Notes under the pieces: generated by a model
The model's input: only the letters and a program-made list of their open reading frames with translations
What the model was told of the DNA's origin: nothing
The model's database searches: none
Shown: piece by piece, positions 37,001 to 52,000 of the stretch
Layout: each line of letters begins with the position of its first letter
Numbering within the stretch: position 1 is the first letter of the stretch
Position numbers and translations under genes: made by a program
Origin: Eledone cirrhosa
Lineage: Eukaryota
NCBI GenBank assembly: GCA_964016885.1
Contig: OZ024740.1
Coordinates: 415,834,001-415,898,000 of the forward strand
Direction: 5' to 3'
DNA length: 64,000 nucleotides

Positions 37001-40000
37001 CTACTCAAACCTTTAGAATTGCTAAATTTATTTACTACTCAAACCTTTAGAATTGCTAAATGTATTTACTACTCACACCTTTAGAATTGCTAAATTTATT
37101 TACTACTCAAACCTTTAGAATTGCTAAATTTATTTACTACTCAAACCTTTAGAATTGCTAAATTTATTCACTACTCAAACTTTTAGAATTGCTCAAATTA
37201 TTTACTACTCACACCTTTAGAATTGCTAAATTTATTTACTATTCAAACCTTTAGAATTGCTAAATTTATTTACTACTCAAACCTTTAGAATTGCTAAATG
37301 TATTTACTACTCATACCTTTAGAATTGCTAAATTTATTTACTACTCAAACCTTTAGAATTGCTAAATTTATTTACTACTCAAACCTTTAGAATTGCTAAA
37401 TTTATTCAATACACAAACCTTTAGAATTGCTAAATTTATTCACTACTCAAACTTTTAGAATTGCTCAAATTATTTACTACTCAAACCTTTAGAATTGCTA
37501 AATTTATTTACTATTCAAATCTTTAGAATTGCTAAATTTATTTACTACTCACAACTTTAGAATTGCTAAATGTATTTACTACTCACAACTTTAGAATTGC
37601 TAAATTTATTTACTACTCAAACCTTTAGAATTGCTAAATTTATTAACTATTCAAACCTTTAGAATTGATAAATTTATTTACTACTCAAACCTTTAGAATT
37701 GCTAAATTTATGAACTACTCAAACCTTTAGAATTGCTAAATTTATTAACTACACAAACCTTTAGAATTGCTAAATTTATTCACTACTCAAACCTTTAGAA
37801 TTGCTAAATTTATTCACTACTCAAACCTTTAGAATTGATAAATTAATTTACTACTCAAACCTTTAGAATTGCTAAATTTATTAACTATTCAAACCTATAG
37901 AATTGCTAAAATTATTTACTACTCAAACCTTTAGAATTGCTAAATTTATTTACTATTCAAACCTTTAGAATTGATGAATTTATTTACTACTCAAACCTTT
38001 AGAATTGCTAAATTTATTTATTACTCAAACCTTTAGAATTGCTAAATTTATTACTATTCAAACCTTTAGAATTGCTAAATTTATTAACTACTCAAACCTT
38101 TAGAATTGCTACATTTATTTACTACTCAAACCTTTAGAATTGCTCAATTTATTCACTACTCAAACCTTTAGAATTGCTAAATTTATTCACTACTCAAACC
38201 TTTTGAATTGCTAAATTTATTTACTACTCAAACCTTTAGAATTGCTAAATTTATTTACTATTCAAACCTTTAGAATTGCTAAATTTATTTTCTAGTCACA
38301 CCTTTACAATTGCTAAATGTATTTAATACTCACACCTTTAGAATTGCTAAATTTATTTACTAATCAAACCTTTAGAATTGCTAAATTTATTACTACTCAA
38401 ACCTTTAGAATTGCTACATTTATTCACTACTCAAACCTTTAGAATTGCTAAATTTATTCACTACTCAAACTTTTAGAATTGCTCAAATTATTTACTACTC
38501 AAACCTTTAGAATTGCTAAATTTATTTACTATTCAAACCTTTAGAATTGCTAAATTTATTTACTACTCAAACCTTTAGAATTGCTAAATTTATTTACTAC
38601 TCAAACCTTTAGAATTGCTAATTTATTAACTATTCAAACCTTTAGAATTGATAAATTTATTTACTACTCAAACCTTTAGAATTGCTAAATTTATTTACTA
38701 TTCAATCCTTTAGAATTGCTAAATTTATTTACTACTCAAACCTTTAGAATTGCTAAATTTATTTACTACTCAAACCTTTAGAATTGCTAAATTCATTAAC
38801 TACTCAAACCTTTAGAATTGCTAAATTTATTTACTACTCAAACCTTTAGAATTGCTAAATGTATTTACTACTAACACCTTTAGAATTGCTAAATTTATTT
38901 ACTACTCAAACCTTTATAATTGCTAAATTTATTTACTACTCAAACCTTTAGAATTGCTAAATTTATTAACTGCTCAAACCTTTAGAATTGCTAAACGTAT
39001 TTACTACTCAAACCTTTGGAATTGCTAAATTTATTTACTACTCAAACCTTTAGAATTGATAAATTTATTTACTACTCAAACCTTTAGAATTGCTAAATTT
39101 ATTTACTATTCAAACCTTTAGAATTGCTAAATTTATTCACTACTCAAACCTTTAGAATTGCTAAATTTATTTACTACTCAAACCATTAGAATTGATGAAT
39201 TTATTTACTACTCAAACCTTTAGAATTGCTAAATTTATTACTAGTCAAACCTTTAGAATTGCTAAATTTATTAACTACTCAAACCTTTAGCATTGCTAAA
39301 TTTATTACTACTCAAACCTTTAGAATTGCTAAATTTATTAACTACTCAAACTTTTAGAATTGCTAAATTTATTTACTACTCAAACCTTTAGAATTGCTAA
39401 ATTTATTTACTATTCAAACCTTTAGAATTGATGAATTTATTTACTACTCAAACCTTTAGAATTGCTAAATTTATTTATTACTCAAACCTTTAGAATTGCT
39501 AAATTTATTACTACTCAAACCTTTAGAATTGCTAAATTTATTAACTACTCAAACCTTTAGAATTGCTAAATTTATTTACTACCCAAACATTTAGTATTGC
39601 TAAATTTATTCAATACTCAAACCTTTAGAATTGCTAAATTTATTCACTACTCAAACCTTTTGAATTGCTAAATTTATTTACTACTCAAACCTTTAGAATT
39701 GCTAAATTTATTTACTATTCAAACCTTTAGAATTGCTAAATTTATTTACTAGTCACACCTTTAGAATTGCTAAATGTATTTACTACTCACACCTTTAGAA
39801 TTGCTAAATTTATTTACTAATCAAACCTTTAGAATTGCTAAATTAATTTACTATTCAAACCTTTAGAATTGCTAAATTTATTTACTAGTCACACCTTTAG
39901 AATTGCTAAATGTATTTACTACTCATACCTTTAGAATTGCTAAATTTATTTACTACTCAAACCTTTAGAATTGCTAAATTTATTTACTACTCAAACCTTT

Positions 40001-43000
40001 AGAATTGCTAAACTTATTTACTATTCAAACCTTTAGAATTGCTAGATTTATTAACTACTCAAACCTTTAGAATCGCTAAATCTATTTACTACTCAAACCT
40101 TTGGTATTGCTAAATTTATTAACTACTCAAACCTTTAGAATTGCTAAATTTATTTACTACTCAAACCTTTAGAATTGCTAAATTTATTCACTACTCAAAC
40201 CTTTAGAATTGCTAAATTTATTCAATACTCAAACTTTTAGAATTGCTCAAATTATTTACTACTCAAACCTTTAGAATTGCTAAATTTATTTACTATTCAA
40301 ACCTTTAGAATTGCTAAATTTATATACTACTCAAACCTTTAGAATTTCTAAATGTATTTACTACTCACAACTTTAGAATTGCTAAATTTATTTACTACTG
40401 AAACCTTTAGTATTGCTAAATTTATTTACTACTCAAACCTTTAGAATTGCTAAATTTATTAACTATTCAAACCTTTAGAATTGATAAATTTATTTACTAC
40501 TCAAACCTTTAGAATTGCTAAATTTATGAACTACTCAAACCTTTAGAATTGCTAAATATATTCACTACTCAAACCTTTAGAATTGCTAAATTAATTTACT
40601 ACTCAAACCTTTAGAATTGCTAAATTTATTAACTATTCAAACCTATAGAATTGCTAAAATTATTTACTACTCAAACCTTTAGAATTGCTAAATTTATTTA
40701 CTACTCAAACCTTTAGAATTGCTAAATTTATTCACTACTCAAACTTTTAGAATTGCTCAAATTATTTACTACTCACCCCTTTAGAATTGCTAAATTTATT
40801 TACTATTCAAACCTTTAGAATTGCTAAATTTATTTACTACTCAAACCTTTAGAATTGCTAAATTTATTCACTACTCAAACCTTTAGAATTGCTAAATTTA
40901 TTCACTACTCAAACTTTTAGAATTGCTCAAATTATTTACTACTCAAACCTTTAGAATTGCTAAATTTATTTACTATTCAAATATTTAGAATTGCTAAATT
41001 TATTTACTACTCAAACCTTTAGAATTTCTAAATGTATTTACTACTCACAACTTTAGAATTGCTAAATTTATTTACTACTCAAACCTTTAGAATTGCTAAA
41101 TTTATTAACTATTCAAACCTTTAGAATTGATAAATTTATTTACTACTCAAACCTTTAGAATTGCTAAATTTATGAACTACTCAAACCTTTAGAATTGCTA
41201 AATTTATTAACTACTCAAACCTTTAGAATTGCTAAATTTATTCACTACTCAAACCTTTAGAATTGCTAAATTTATTCACTACTCAAACCTTTAGAATTGC
41301 TAAATTAATTTACTACTCAAACCTTTAGAATTGCTACATTTATTAACTATTCAAACCTATAGAATTGCTAAAATTATTTACTACTCAAACCTTTAGAATT
41401 GCTAAATTTATTTACTATTCAAACCTTTAGAATTGATGAATTTATTTACTACTCAAACCTTTAGAATTGCTAAATTTATTTATTACTCAAACCTTTAGAA
41501 TTGCTAAATTTATTACTACTCAAACCTTTAGAATTGCTAAATTTATTAACTACTCAAACCTTTAGAATTGCTACATTTATTTACTACTCAAACCTTTAGA
41601 ATTGCTCAATTTATTCACTACTCAAACCTTTAGAATTGCTAAATTTATTCACTACTCAAACCTTTTGAATTGCTAAATTTATTTACTACTCAAACCTTTA
41701 GAATTGCTAAATTTATTTACTATTCAAACCTTTAGAATTGCTAAATTTATTTTCTAGTCACACCTTTACAATTGCTAAATGTATTTACTACTCACACCTT
41801 TAGAATTGCTAAATTTATTTACTAATCAAACCTTTAGAATTGCTAAATTAATTTACTATTCAAACCTTTCGAATTGCTAAATTTATTTACTACTCAAACC
41901 TTTAGAATTGCTCAATTTAATTACTACTCAAACCTTTAGAATTACTAAATTTATTTCTAATCAATCCTTTAGAATTGCTAAATTTATTTACTACTCCAAC
42001 CTTTAGAATTGCTAAATTTATTTACTATTCAAACCTTTAGAATTGCTAAATTTATTTACTACTCAAACCTTTAGAATTGCTAAATTTATTTACTACTCAA
42101 ACCTTTAGAATTGCTAATTTATTAACTATTCAAACCTTTAGAATTGATAAATTTATTTACTACTCAAACCTTTAGAATTGCTAAATTTATTTACTATTCA
42201 ATCCTTTAGAATTGCTAAATTTATTTACTACTCAAACCTTTAGAATTGCTAAATTTATTAACTACTCAAACCTTTAGAATTGCTAAATTTATTTACTACT
42301 CAAACCTTTAGAATTGGTAAATTTATTCACTACTCAAACCTTTAGAATTGCTAAATTTATTTACTACTCAAACCTTTAGAATTGCTAAATTTATTCACTA
42401 CTCAAACCTTTAGAATTGCTAAATTTATTCACTACTCAAACTTTTAGAATTGCTCAAATTATTTACTACTCAAACCTTTAGAATTGCTAAATTTATTTAC
42501 TATTCAAACCTTTAGAATTGCTAAATTTATTTACTACTCAAACCTTTAGAATTGCTAAATGTATTTACTACTCACACCTTTAGAATTGCTAAATTTATTT
42601 ACTACTCAAACCTTTAGAATTGCTAAATTTATTTACTACTCAAACCTTTAGAATTGCTAAATTTATTCACTACTCAAACTTTTAGAATTGCTCAAATTAT
42701 TTACTACTCACCCCTTTAGAATTGCTAAATTTATTTACTATTCAAACCTTTAGAATTGCTAAATTTATTTACTACTCAAACCTTTAGAATTGCTAAATTT
42801 ATTCACTACTCAAACCTTTAGAATTGCTAAATTTATTCACTACTCAAACTTTTAGAATTGCTCAAATTATTTACTACTCAAACCTTTAGAATTGCTAAAT
42901 TTATTTACTATTCAAATATTTAGAATTGCTAAATTTATTTACTACTCAAACCTTTAGAATTTCTAAATGTATTTACTACTCACAACTTTAGAATTGCTAA

Positions 43001-46000
43001 ATTTATTTACTACTCAAACCTTTAGAATTGCTAAATTTATTAACTATTCAAACCTTTAGAATTGATAAATTTATTTACTACTCAAACCTTTAGAATTGCT
43101 AAATTTATGAACTACTCAAACCTTTAGAATTGCTAAATTTATTAACTACTCAAACCTTTAGAATTGCTAAATTTATTCACTACTCAAACCTTTAGAATTG
43201 CTAAATTTATTCACTACTCAAACCTTTAGAATTGCTAAATTAATTTACTACTCAAACCTTTAGAATTGCTACATTTATTAACTATTCAAACCTATAGAAT
43301 TGCTAAAATTATTTACTACTCAAACCTTTAGAATTGCTAAATTTATTTACTATTCAAACCTTTAGAATTGATGAATTTATTTACTACTCAAACCTTTAGA
43401 ATTGCTAAATTTATTTATTACTCAAACCTTTAGAATTGCTAAATTTATTACTACTCAAACCTTTAGAATTGCTAAATTTATTAACTACTCAAACCTTTAG
43501 AATTGCTACATTTATTTACTACTCAAACCTTTAGAATTGCTCAATTTATTCACTACTCAAACCTTTAGAATTGCTAAATTTATTCACTACTCAAACCTTT
43601 TGAATTGCTAAATTTATTTACTACTCAAACCTTTAGAATTGCTAAATTTATTTACTATTCAAACCTTTAGAATTGCTAAATTTATTTTCTAGTCACACCT
43701 TTACAATTGCTAAATGTATTTACTACTCACACCTTTAGAATTGCTAAATTTATTTACTAATCAAACCTTTAGAATTGCTAAATTAATTTACTATTCAAAC
43801 CTTTCGAATTGCTAAATTTATTTACTACTCAAACCTTTAGAATTGCTCAATTTAATTACTACTCAAACCTTTAGAATTACTAAATTTATTTCTAATCAAT
43901 CCTTTAGAATTGCTAAATTTATTTACTACTCCAACCTTTAGAATTGCTAAATTTATTTACTATTCAAACCTTTAGAATTGCTAAATTTATTTACTACTCA
44001 AACCTTTAGAATTGCTAAATTTATTTACTACTCAAACCTTTAGAATTGCTAATTTATTAACTATTCAAACCTTTAGAATTGATAAATTTATTTACTACTC
44101 AAACCTTTAGAATTGCTAAATTTATTTACTATTCAATCCTTTAGAATTGCTAAATTTATTTACTACTCAAACCTTTAGAATTGCTAAATTTATTTACTAC
44201 TCAAACCTTTAGAATTGCTAAATTCATTAACTACTCAAACCTTTAGAATTGCTAAATTTATTTACTACTCAAACCTTTAGAATTGCTAAATGTATTTACT
44301 ACTAACACCTTTAGAATTGCTAAATTTATTTACTACTCAAACCTTTATAATTGCTAAATTTATTTACTACTCAAACCTTTAGAATTGCTAAATTTATTAA
44401 CTGCTCAAACCTTTAGAATTGCTAAACGTATTTACTACTCAAACCTTTGGAATTGCTAAATTTATTTACTACTCAAACCTTTAGAATTGATAAATTTATT
44501 TACTACTCAAACCTTTAGAATTGCTAAATTTATTTACTACTCAAACCTTTAGAATTGCTAAATTCATTAACTACTCAAACCTTTAGAATTGCTAAATTTA
44601 TTTACTACTCAAACCTTTAGAATTGCTAAATGTATTTACTACTAACACCTTTAGAATTGCTAAATATATTTACTACTCAAACCTTTATAATTGCTAAATT
44701 TATTTACTACTCAAACCTTTAGAATTGCTAAATTTATTAACTGCTCAAACCTTTAGAATTGCTAAACGTATTTACTACTCAAACCTTTGGAATTGCTAAA
44801 TTTATTTACTACTCAAACCTTTAGAATTGATAAATTTATTTACTACTCAAACCTTTAGAATTGCTAAATTTATTTACTATTCAAACCTTTAGAATTGCTA
44901 AATTTATTCACTACTCAAACCTTTAGAATTGCTAAATTTATTTACTACTCAAACCATTAGAATTGATGAATTTTTTTACTACTCAAACCTTTAGAATTGC
45001 TAAATTTATTACTAGTCAAACCTTTAGAATTGCTAAATTTATTAACTACTCAAACCTTTAGAATTGCTAAATTTATTACTACTCAAACCTTTAGAATTGC
45101 TAAATTTATTAACTACTCAAACCTTTAGAATTGCTAAATTTATTTACTACTCAAACCTTTAGAATTGCTAAATTTATTTACTATTCAAACCTTTAGAATT
45201 GATGAATTTATTTACTACTCAAACCTTTAGAATTGCTAAATTTATTTATTACTCAAACCTTTAGAATTGCTAAATTTATTACTACTCAAACCTTTAGAAT
45301 TGCTAAATTTATTAACTACTCAAACCTTTAGAATTGCTAAATTTATTTACTACCCAAACCTTTAGTATTGCTAAATTTATTCACTACTCAAACCTTTAGA
45401 ATTGCTAAATTTATTCACTACTCAAACCTTTTGAATTGCTAAATTTATTTACTACTCAAACCTTTAGAATTGCTAAATTTATTTACTATTCAAACCTTTA
45501 GAATTGCTAAATTTATTTACTAGTCACACCTTTAGAATTGCTAAATGTATTTACTACTCACACCTTTAGAATTGCTAAATTTATTTACTAATCAAACCTT
45601 TAGAATTGCTAAATTAATTTACTATTCAAACCTTTAGAATTGCTAAATTTATTTACTAGTCACACCTTTAGAATTGCTAAATGTATTTACTACTCATACC
45701 TTTAGAATTGCTAAATTTATTTACTACTCAAACCTTTAGAATTGCTAAATTTATTTACTACTCAAACCTTTAGAATTGCTAAATTTATTTACTATTCAAA
45801 CCTTTAGAATTGCTAAATTTATTAACTACTCAAACCTTTAGAATCGCTAAATCTATTTACTACTCAAACCTTTGGTATTGCTAAATTTATTAACTACTCA
45901 AACCTTTAGAATTGCTAAATTTATTTACTACTCAAACCTTTAGAATTGCTAAATTTATTCACTACTCAAACCTTTAGAATTGCTAAATTTATTCACTACT

Positions 46001-49000
46001 CAAAATTTTAAGAATTGCTCAAATTATTTACTACTCAAACCTTTAGAATTGCTAAATTTATTTACTATTCAAACCTTTAGAATTGCTAAATTTATATACT
46101 ACTCAAACCTTTAGAATTTCTAAATGTATTTACTACTCACAACTTTAGAATTGCTAAATTTATTTACTACTCAAACCTTTAGTATTGCTAAATTTATTTA
46201 CTACTCAAACCTTTAGAATTGCTAAATTTATTAACTATTCAAACCTTTAGAATTGATAAATTTATTTACTACTCAAACCTTTAGAATTGCTAAATTTATG
46301 AACTACTCAAACCTTTAGAATTGCTAAATATATTCACTACTCAAACCTTTAGAATTGCTAAATTAATTTACTACTCAAACCTTTAGAATTGCTAAATTTA
46401 TTAACTATTCAAACCTATAGAATTGCTAAAATTATTTACTACTCAAACCTTTAGAATTGCTAAATTTATTTACTATTCAAACCTTTAGAATTGATGAATT
46501 TATTTACTACTCAAACCTTTAGAATTGCTAAATTTATTTATTACTCAAACCTTTAGAATTGCTAAATTTATTACTACTCAAACCTTTAGAATTGCTAAAT
46601 TTATTAAGTACTCAAACCTTTAGAATTGCTCAATTTATTCACTACTCAAACCTTTAGAATTGCTAAATTTATTCACTACTCAAACCTTTTGAATTGCTAA
46701 ATTTATTTACTACTCAAACCTTTAGAATTGCTAAATTTATTTACTATTCAAACCTTTAGAATTGCTAAATTTATTTTCTAGTCACACCTTTAGAATTGCT
46801 AAATGTATTTACTACTCACACCTTTAGAATTGCTAAATTTATTTACTAATCAAACCTTTAGTATTGCTAAATTAATTTACTATTCAAACCTTTAGAATTG
46901 CTAAATTTATTTACTAGTCACACCTTTAGAATTGCTAAATGTATTTACTACTCATACCTTTAGAATTGCTAAATTTATTTACTACTCAACCTTTAGAATT
47001 GCTAAATTTATTTACTACTCAAACCTTTAGAATTGCTAAATTTATTTACTATTCAAACCTTTAGAATTGCTAAATTTATTAACTACTCAAACCTTTAGAA
47101 TCGCTAAATGTATTTACTACTCAAACCTTTGGTATTGCTAAATTTATTACTACTCAAACCTTTAGAATTGCTAAATTTATTAACTACTCAAACCTTTAGA
47201 ATTGCTAAATTTATTTACTACTCAAACCTTTAGAATTGGTAAATTTATTCACTACTCAAACCTTTAGAATTGCTAAATTTATTTACTACTCAAACCTTTA
47301 GAATTGCTAAATTTATTCACTACTCAAACCTTTAGAATTGCTAAATTTATTCACTACTCAAACTTTTAGAATTGCTCAAATTATTTACTACTCACCCCTT
47401 TAGAATTGCTAAATTTATTTACTATTCCAACCTTTAGAATTGCTAAATTTATTTACTACTCAAACCTTTAGAATTGCTAAATTTATTTACTACTCAAACC
47501 TTTAGAATTGCTAAATTTATTCACTACTCAAACCTTTAGAATTGCTAAATTTATTCACTACTCAAACTTTTAGAATTGCTCAAATTATTTACTACTCAAA
47601 CCTTTAGAATTGCTAAATTTATTTACTATTCAAATCTTTAGAATTGCTAAATTTATTTACTACTCAAACCTTTAGAATTTCTAAATGTATTTACTACTCA
47701 CAACTTTAGAATTGCTAAATTTATTTACTACTCAAACCTTTAGAATTGCTAAATTTATTAACTATTCAAACCTTTAGAATTGATAAATTTATTTACTACT
47801 CAAACCTTTAGAATTGCTAAATTTATGAACTACTCAAACCTTTAGAATTGCTAAATTTATTAACTACTCAAACCTTTAGAATTGCTAAATTTATTCACTA
47901 CTCAAACCTTTAGAATTGCTAAATTTATTCACTACTCAAACCTTTAGAATTGCTAAATTAATTTACTACTCAAACCTTTAGAATTGCTACATTTATTAAC
48001 TATTCAAACCTATAGAATTGCTAAAATTATTTACTACTCAAACCTTTAGAATTGCTAAATTTATTTACTATTCAAACCTTTAGAATTGATGAATTTATTT
48101 ACTACTCAAACCTTTAGAATTGCTAAATTTATTTATTACTCAAACCTTTAGAATTGCTAAATTTATTACTACTCAAACCTTTAGAATTGCTAAATTTATT
48201 AACTACTCAAACCTTTAGAATTGCTACATTTATTTACTACTCAAACCTTTAGAATTGCTCAATTTATTCACTACTCAAACCTTTAGAATTGCTAAATTTA
48301 TTCACTACTCAAACCTTTTGAATTGCTAAATTTATTTACTACTCAAACCTTTAGAATTGCTAAATTTATTTACTATTCAAACCTTTAGAATTGCTAAATT
48401 TATTTTCTAGTCACACCTTTACAATTGCTAAATGTATTTACTACTCACACCTTTAGAATTGCTAAATTTATTTACTAATCAAACCTTTAGAATTGCTAAA
48501 TTAATTTACTATTCAAACCTTTCGAATTGCTAAATTTATTTACTACTCAAACCTTTAGAATTGCTCAATTTAATTACTACTCAAACCTTTAGAATTGCTA
48601 AATTTATTTCTAATCAATCCTTTAGAATTGCTAAATTTATTTACTACTCCAACCTTTAGAATTGCTAAATTTATTTACTACTCAAACCTTTAGAATTGCT
48701 AAATTTATTAACTACTCAAACCTTTAGAATTGCTAAATTTATTTACTACTCAAACCTTTAGAATTGCTAAATGTATTTACTACTAACACCTTTAGAATTG
48801 CTAAATTTATTTACTACTCAAACCTTTAGAATTGCTAAATTTATTTACTATTCAAACCTTTAGAATTGCTAAATTTATTTTCTAGTCACACCTTTACAAT
48901 TGGTAAATGTATTTACTACTCACACCTTTAGAATTGCTAAATTTATTTACTAATCAAACCTTTAGAATTGCTAAATTAATTTACTATTCAAACCTTTCGA

Positions 49001-52000
49001 ATTGCTAAATTTATTTACTACTCAAACCTTTAGAATTGCTCAATTTAATTACTACTCAAACCTTTAGAATTGCTAAATTTATTTCTAATCAATCCTTTAG
49101 AATTGCTAAATTTATTTACTACTCAAACCTTTAGAATTGCTAAATTTATTTACTACTCAAACCTTTAGAATTGCTAATTTATTAACTATTCAAACCTTTA
49201 GAATTGATAAATTTATTTACTACTCAAACCTTTAGAATTGCTAAATTTATTTACTATTCAATCCTTTAGAATTGCTAAATTTATTTACTACTCAAACCTT
49301 TAGAATTGCTAAATTTATTTACTACTCAAACCTTTAGAATTGCTAAATTCATTAACTACTCAAACCTTTAGAATTGCTAAATTTATTTACTACTGAAACC
49401 TTTAGAATTGCTAAATGTATTTACTACTAACACCTTTAGAATTGCTAAATTTATTTACTACTCAAACCTTTATAATTGCTAAATTTATTTACTACTCAAA
49501 CCTTTAGAATTGCTAAATTTATTAACTGCTCAAACCTTTAGAATTGCTAAACGTATTTACTACTCAAACCTTTGGAATTGCTAAATTTATTTACTACTCA
49601 AACCTTTAGAATTGATAAATTTATTTACTACTCAAACCTTTAGAATTGCTAAATTTATTTACTATTCAAACCTTTAGAATTGCTAAATTTATTCACTACT
49701 CAAACCTTTAGAATTGCTAAATTTATTTACTACTCAAACCATTAGAATTGATGAATTTATTTACTACTCAAACCTTTAGAATTGCTAAATTTATTACTAG
49801 TCAAACCTTTAGAATTGCTAAATTTATTTACTACTCAAACCTTTAGAATTGCTAAATTTATTTACTATTCAAACCTTTAGAATTGATGAATTTATTTACT
49901 ACTCAAACCTTTAGAATTGCTAAATTTATTTATTACTCAAACCTTTAGAATTGCTAAATTTATTACTACTCAAACCTTTAGAATTGCTAAATTTATTAAC
50001 TACTCAAACCTTTAGAATTGCTAAATTTATTTACTACCCAAACCTTTAGTATTGCTAAATTTATTCACTACTCAAACCTTTAGAATTGCTAAATTTATTC
50101 ACTACTCAAACCTTTTGAATTGCTAAATTTATTTACTACTCAAACCTTTAGAATTGCTAAATTTATTTACTATTCAAACCTTTAGAATTGCTAAATTTAT
50201 TTACTAGTCACACCTTTAGAATTGCTAAATGTATTTACTACTCACACCTTTAGAATTGCTAAATTTATTTACTAATCAAACCTTTAGAATTGCTAAATTA
50301 ATTTACTATTCAAACCTTTAGAATTGCTAAATTTATTTACTAGTCACACCTTTAGAATTGCTAAATGTATTTACTACTCATACCTTTAGAATTGCTAAAT
50401 TTATTTACTACTCAAACCTTTAGAATTGCTAAATTTATTTACTACTCAAACCTTTAGAATTGCTAAATTTATTTACTATTCAAACCTTTAGAATTGCTAA
50501 ATTTATTAACTACTCAAACCTTTAGAATCGCTAAATCTATTTACTACTCAAACCTTTGGTATTGCTAAATTTATTAACTACTCAAACCTTTAGAATTGCT
50601 AAATTTATTTACTACTCAAACCTTTAGAATTGCTAAATTTATTCACTACTCAAACCTTTAGAATTGCTAAATTTATTCACTACTCAAACTTTTAGAATTG
50701 CTCAAATTATTTACTACTCAAACCTTTAGAATTGCTAAATTTATTTACTATTCAAACCTTTAGAATTGCTAAATTTATATACTACTCAAACCTTTAGAAT
50801 TTCTAAATGTATTTACTACTCACAACTTTAGAATTGCTAAATTTATTTACTACTCAAACCTTTAGTATTGCTAAATTTATTTACTACTCAAACCTTTAGA
50901 ATTGCTAAATTTATTAACTATTCAAACCTTTAGAATTGATAAATTTATTTACTACTCAAACCTTTAGAATTGCTAAATTTATGAACTACTCAAACCTTTA
51001 GAATTGCTAAATATATTCACTACTCAAACCTTTAGAATTGCTAAATTAATTTACTACTCAAACCTTTAGAATTGCTAAATTTATTAACTATTCAAACCTA
51101 TAGAATTGCTAAAATTATTTACTACTCAAACCTTTAGAATTGCTAAATTTATTTACTATTCAAACCTTTAGAATTGATGAATTTATTTACTACTCAAACC
51201 TTTAGAATTGCTAAATTTATTTATTACTCAAACCTTTAGAATTGCTAAATTTATTACTACTCAAACCTTTAGAATTGCTAAATTTATTAAGTACTCAAAC
51301 CTTTAGAATTGCTCAATTTATTCACTACTCAAACCTTTAGAATTGCTAAATTTATTCACTACTCAAACCTTTTGAATTGCTAAATTTATTTACTACTCAA
51401 ACCTTTAGAATTGCTAAATTTATTTACTATTCAAACCTTTAGAATTGCTAAATTTATTTTCTAGTCACACCTTTAGAATTGCTAAATGTATTTACTACTC
51501 ACACCTTTAGAATTGCTAAATTTATTTACTAATCAAACCTTTAGTATTGCTAAATTAATTTACTATTCAAACCTTTAGAATTGCTAAATTTATTTACTAG
51601 TCACACCTTTAGAATTGCTAAATGTATTTACTACTCATACCTTTAGAATTGCTAAATTTATTTACTACTCAACCTTTAGAATTGCTAAATTTATTTACTA
51701 CTCAAACCTTTCGAATTGCTAAATTTATTTACTATTCAAACCTTTAGAATTGCTAAATTTATTAACTACTCAAACCTTTATAATTGCTAAATTTATTTAC
51801 TACTGAAACCTTTAGAATTGCTAAATGTATTTACTACTAACACCTTTAGAATTGCTAAATTTATTTACTACTCAAACCTTTATAATTGCTAAATTTATTT
51901 ACTACTCAAACCTTTAGAATTGCTAAATTTATTAACTGCTCAAACCTTTAGAATTGCTAAACGTATTTACTACTCAAACCTTTGGAATTGCTAAATTTAT

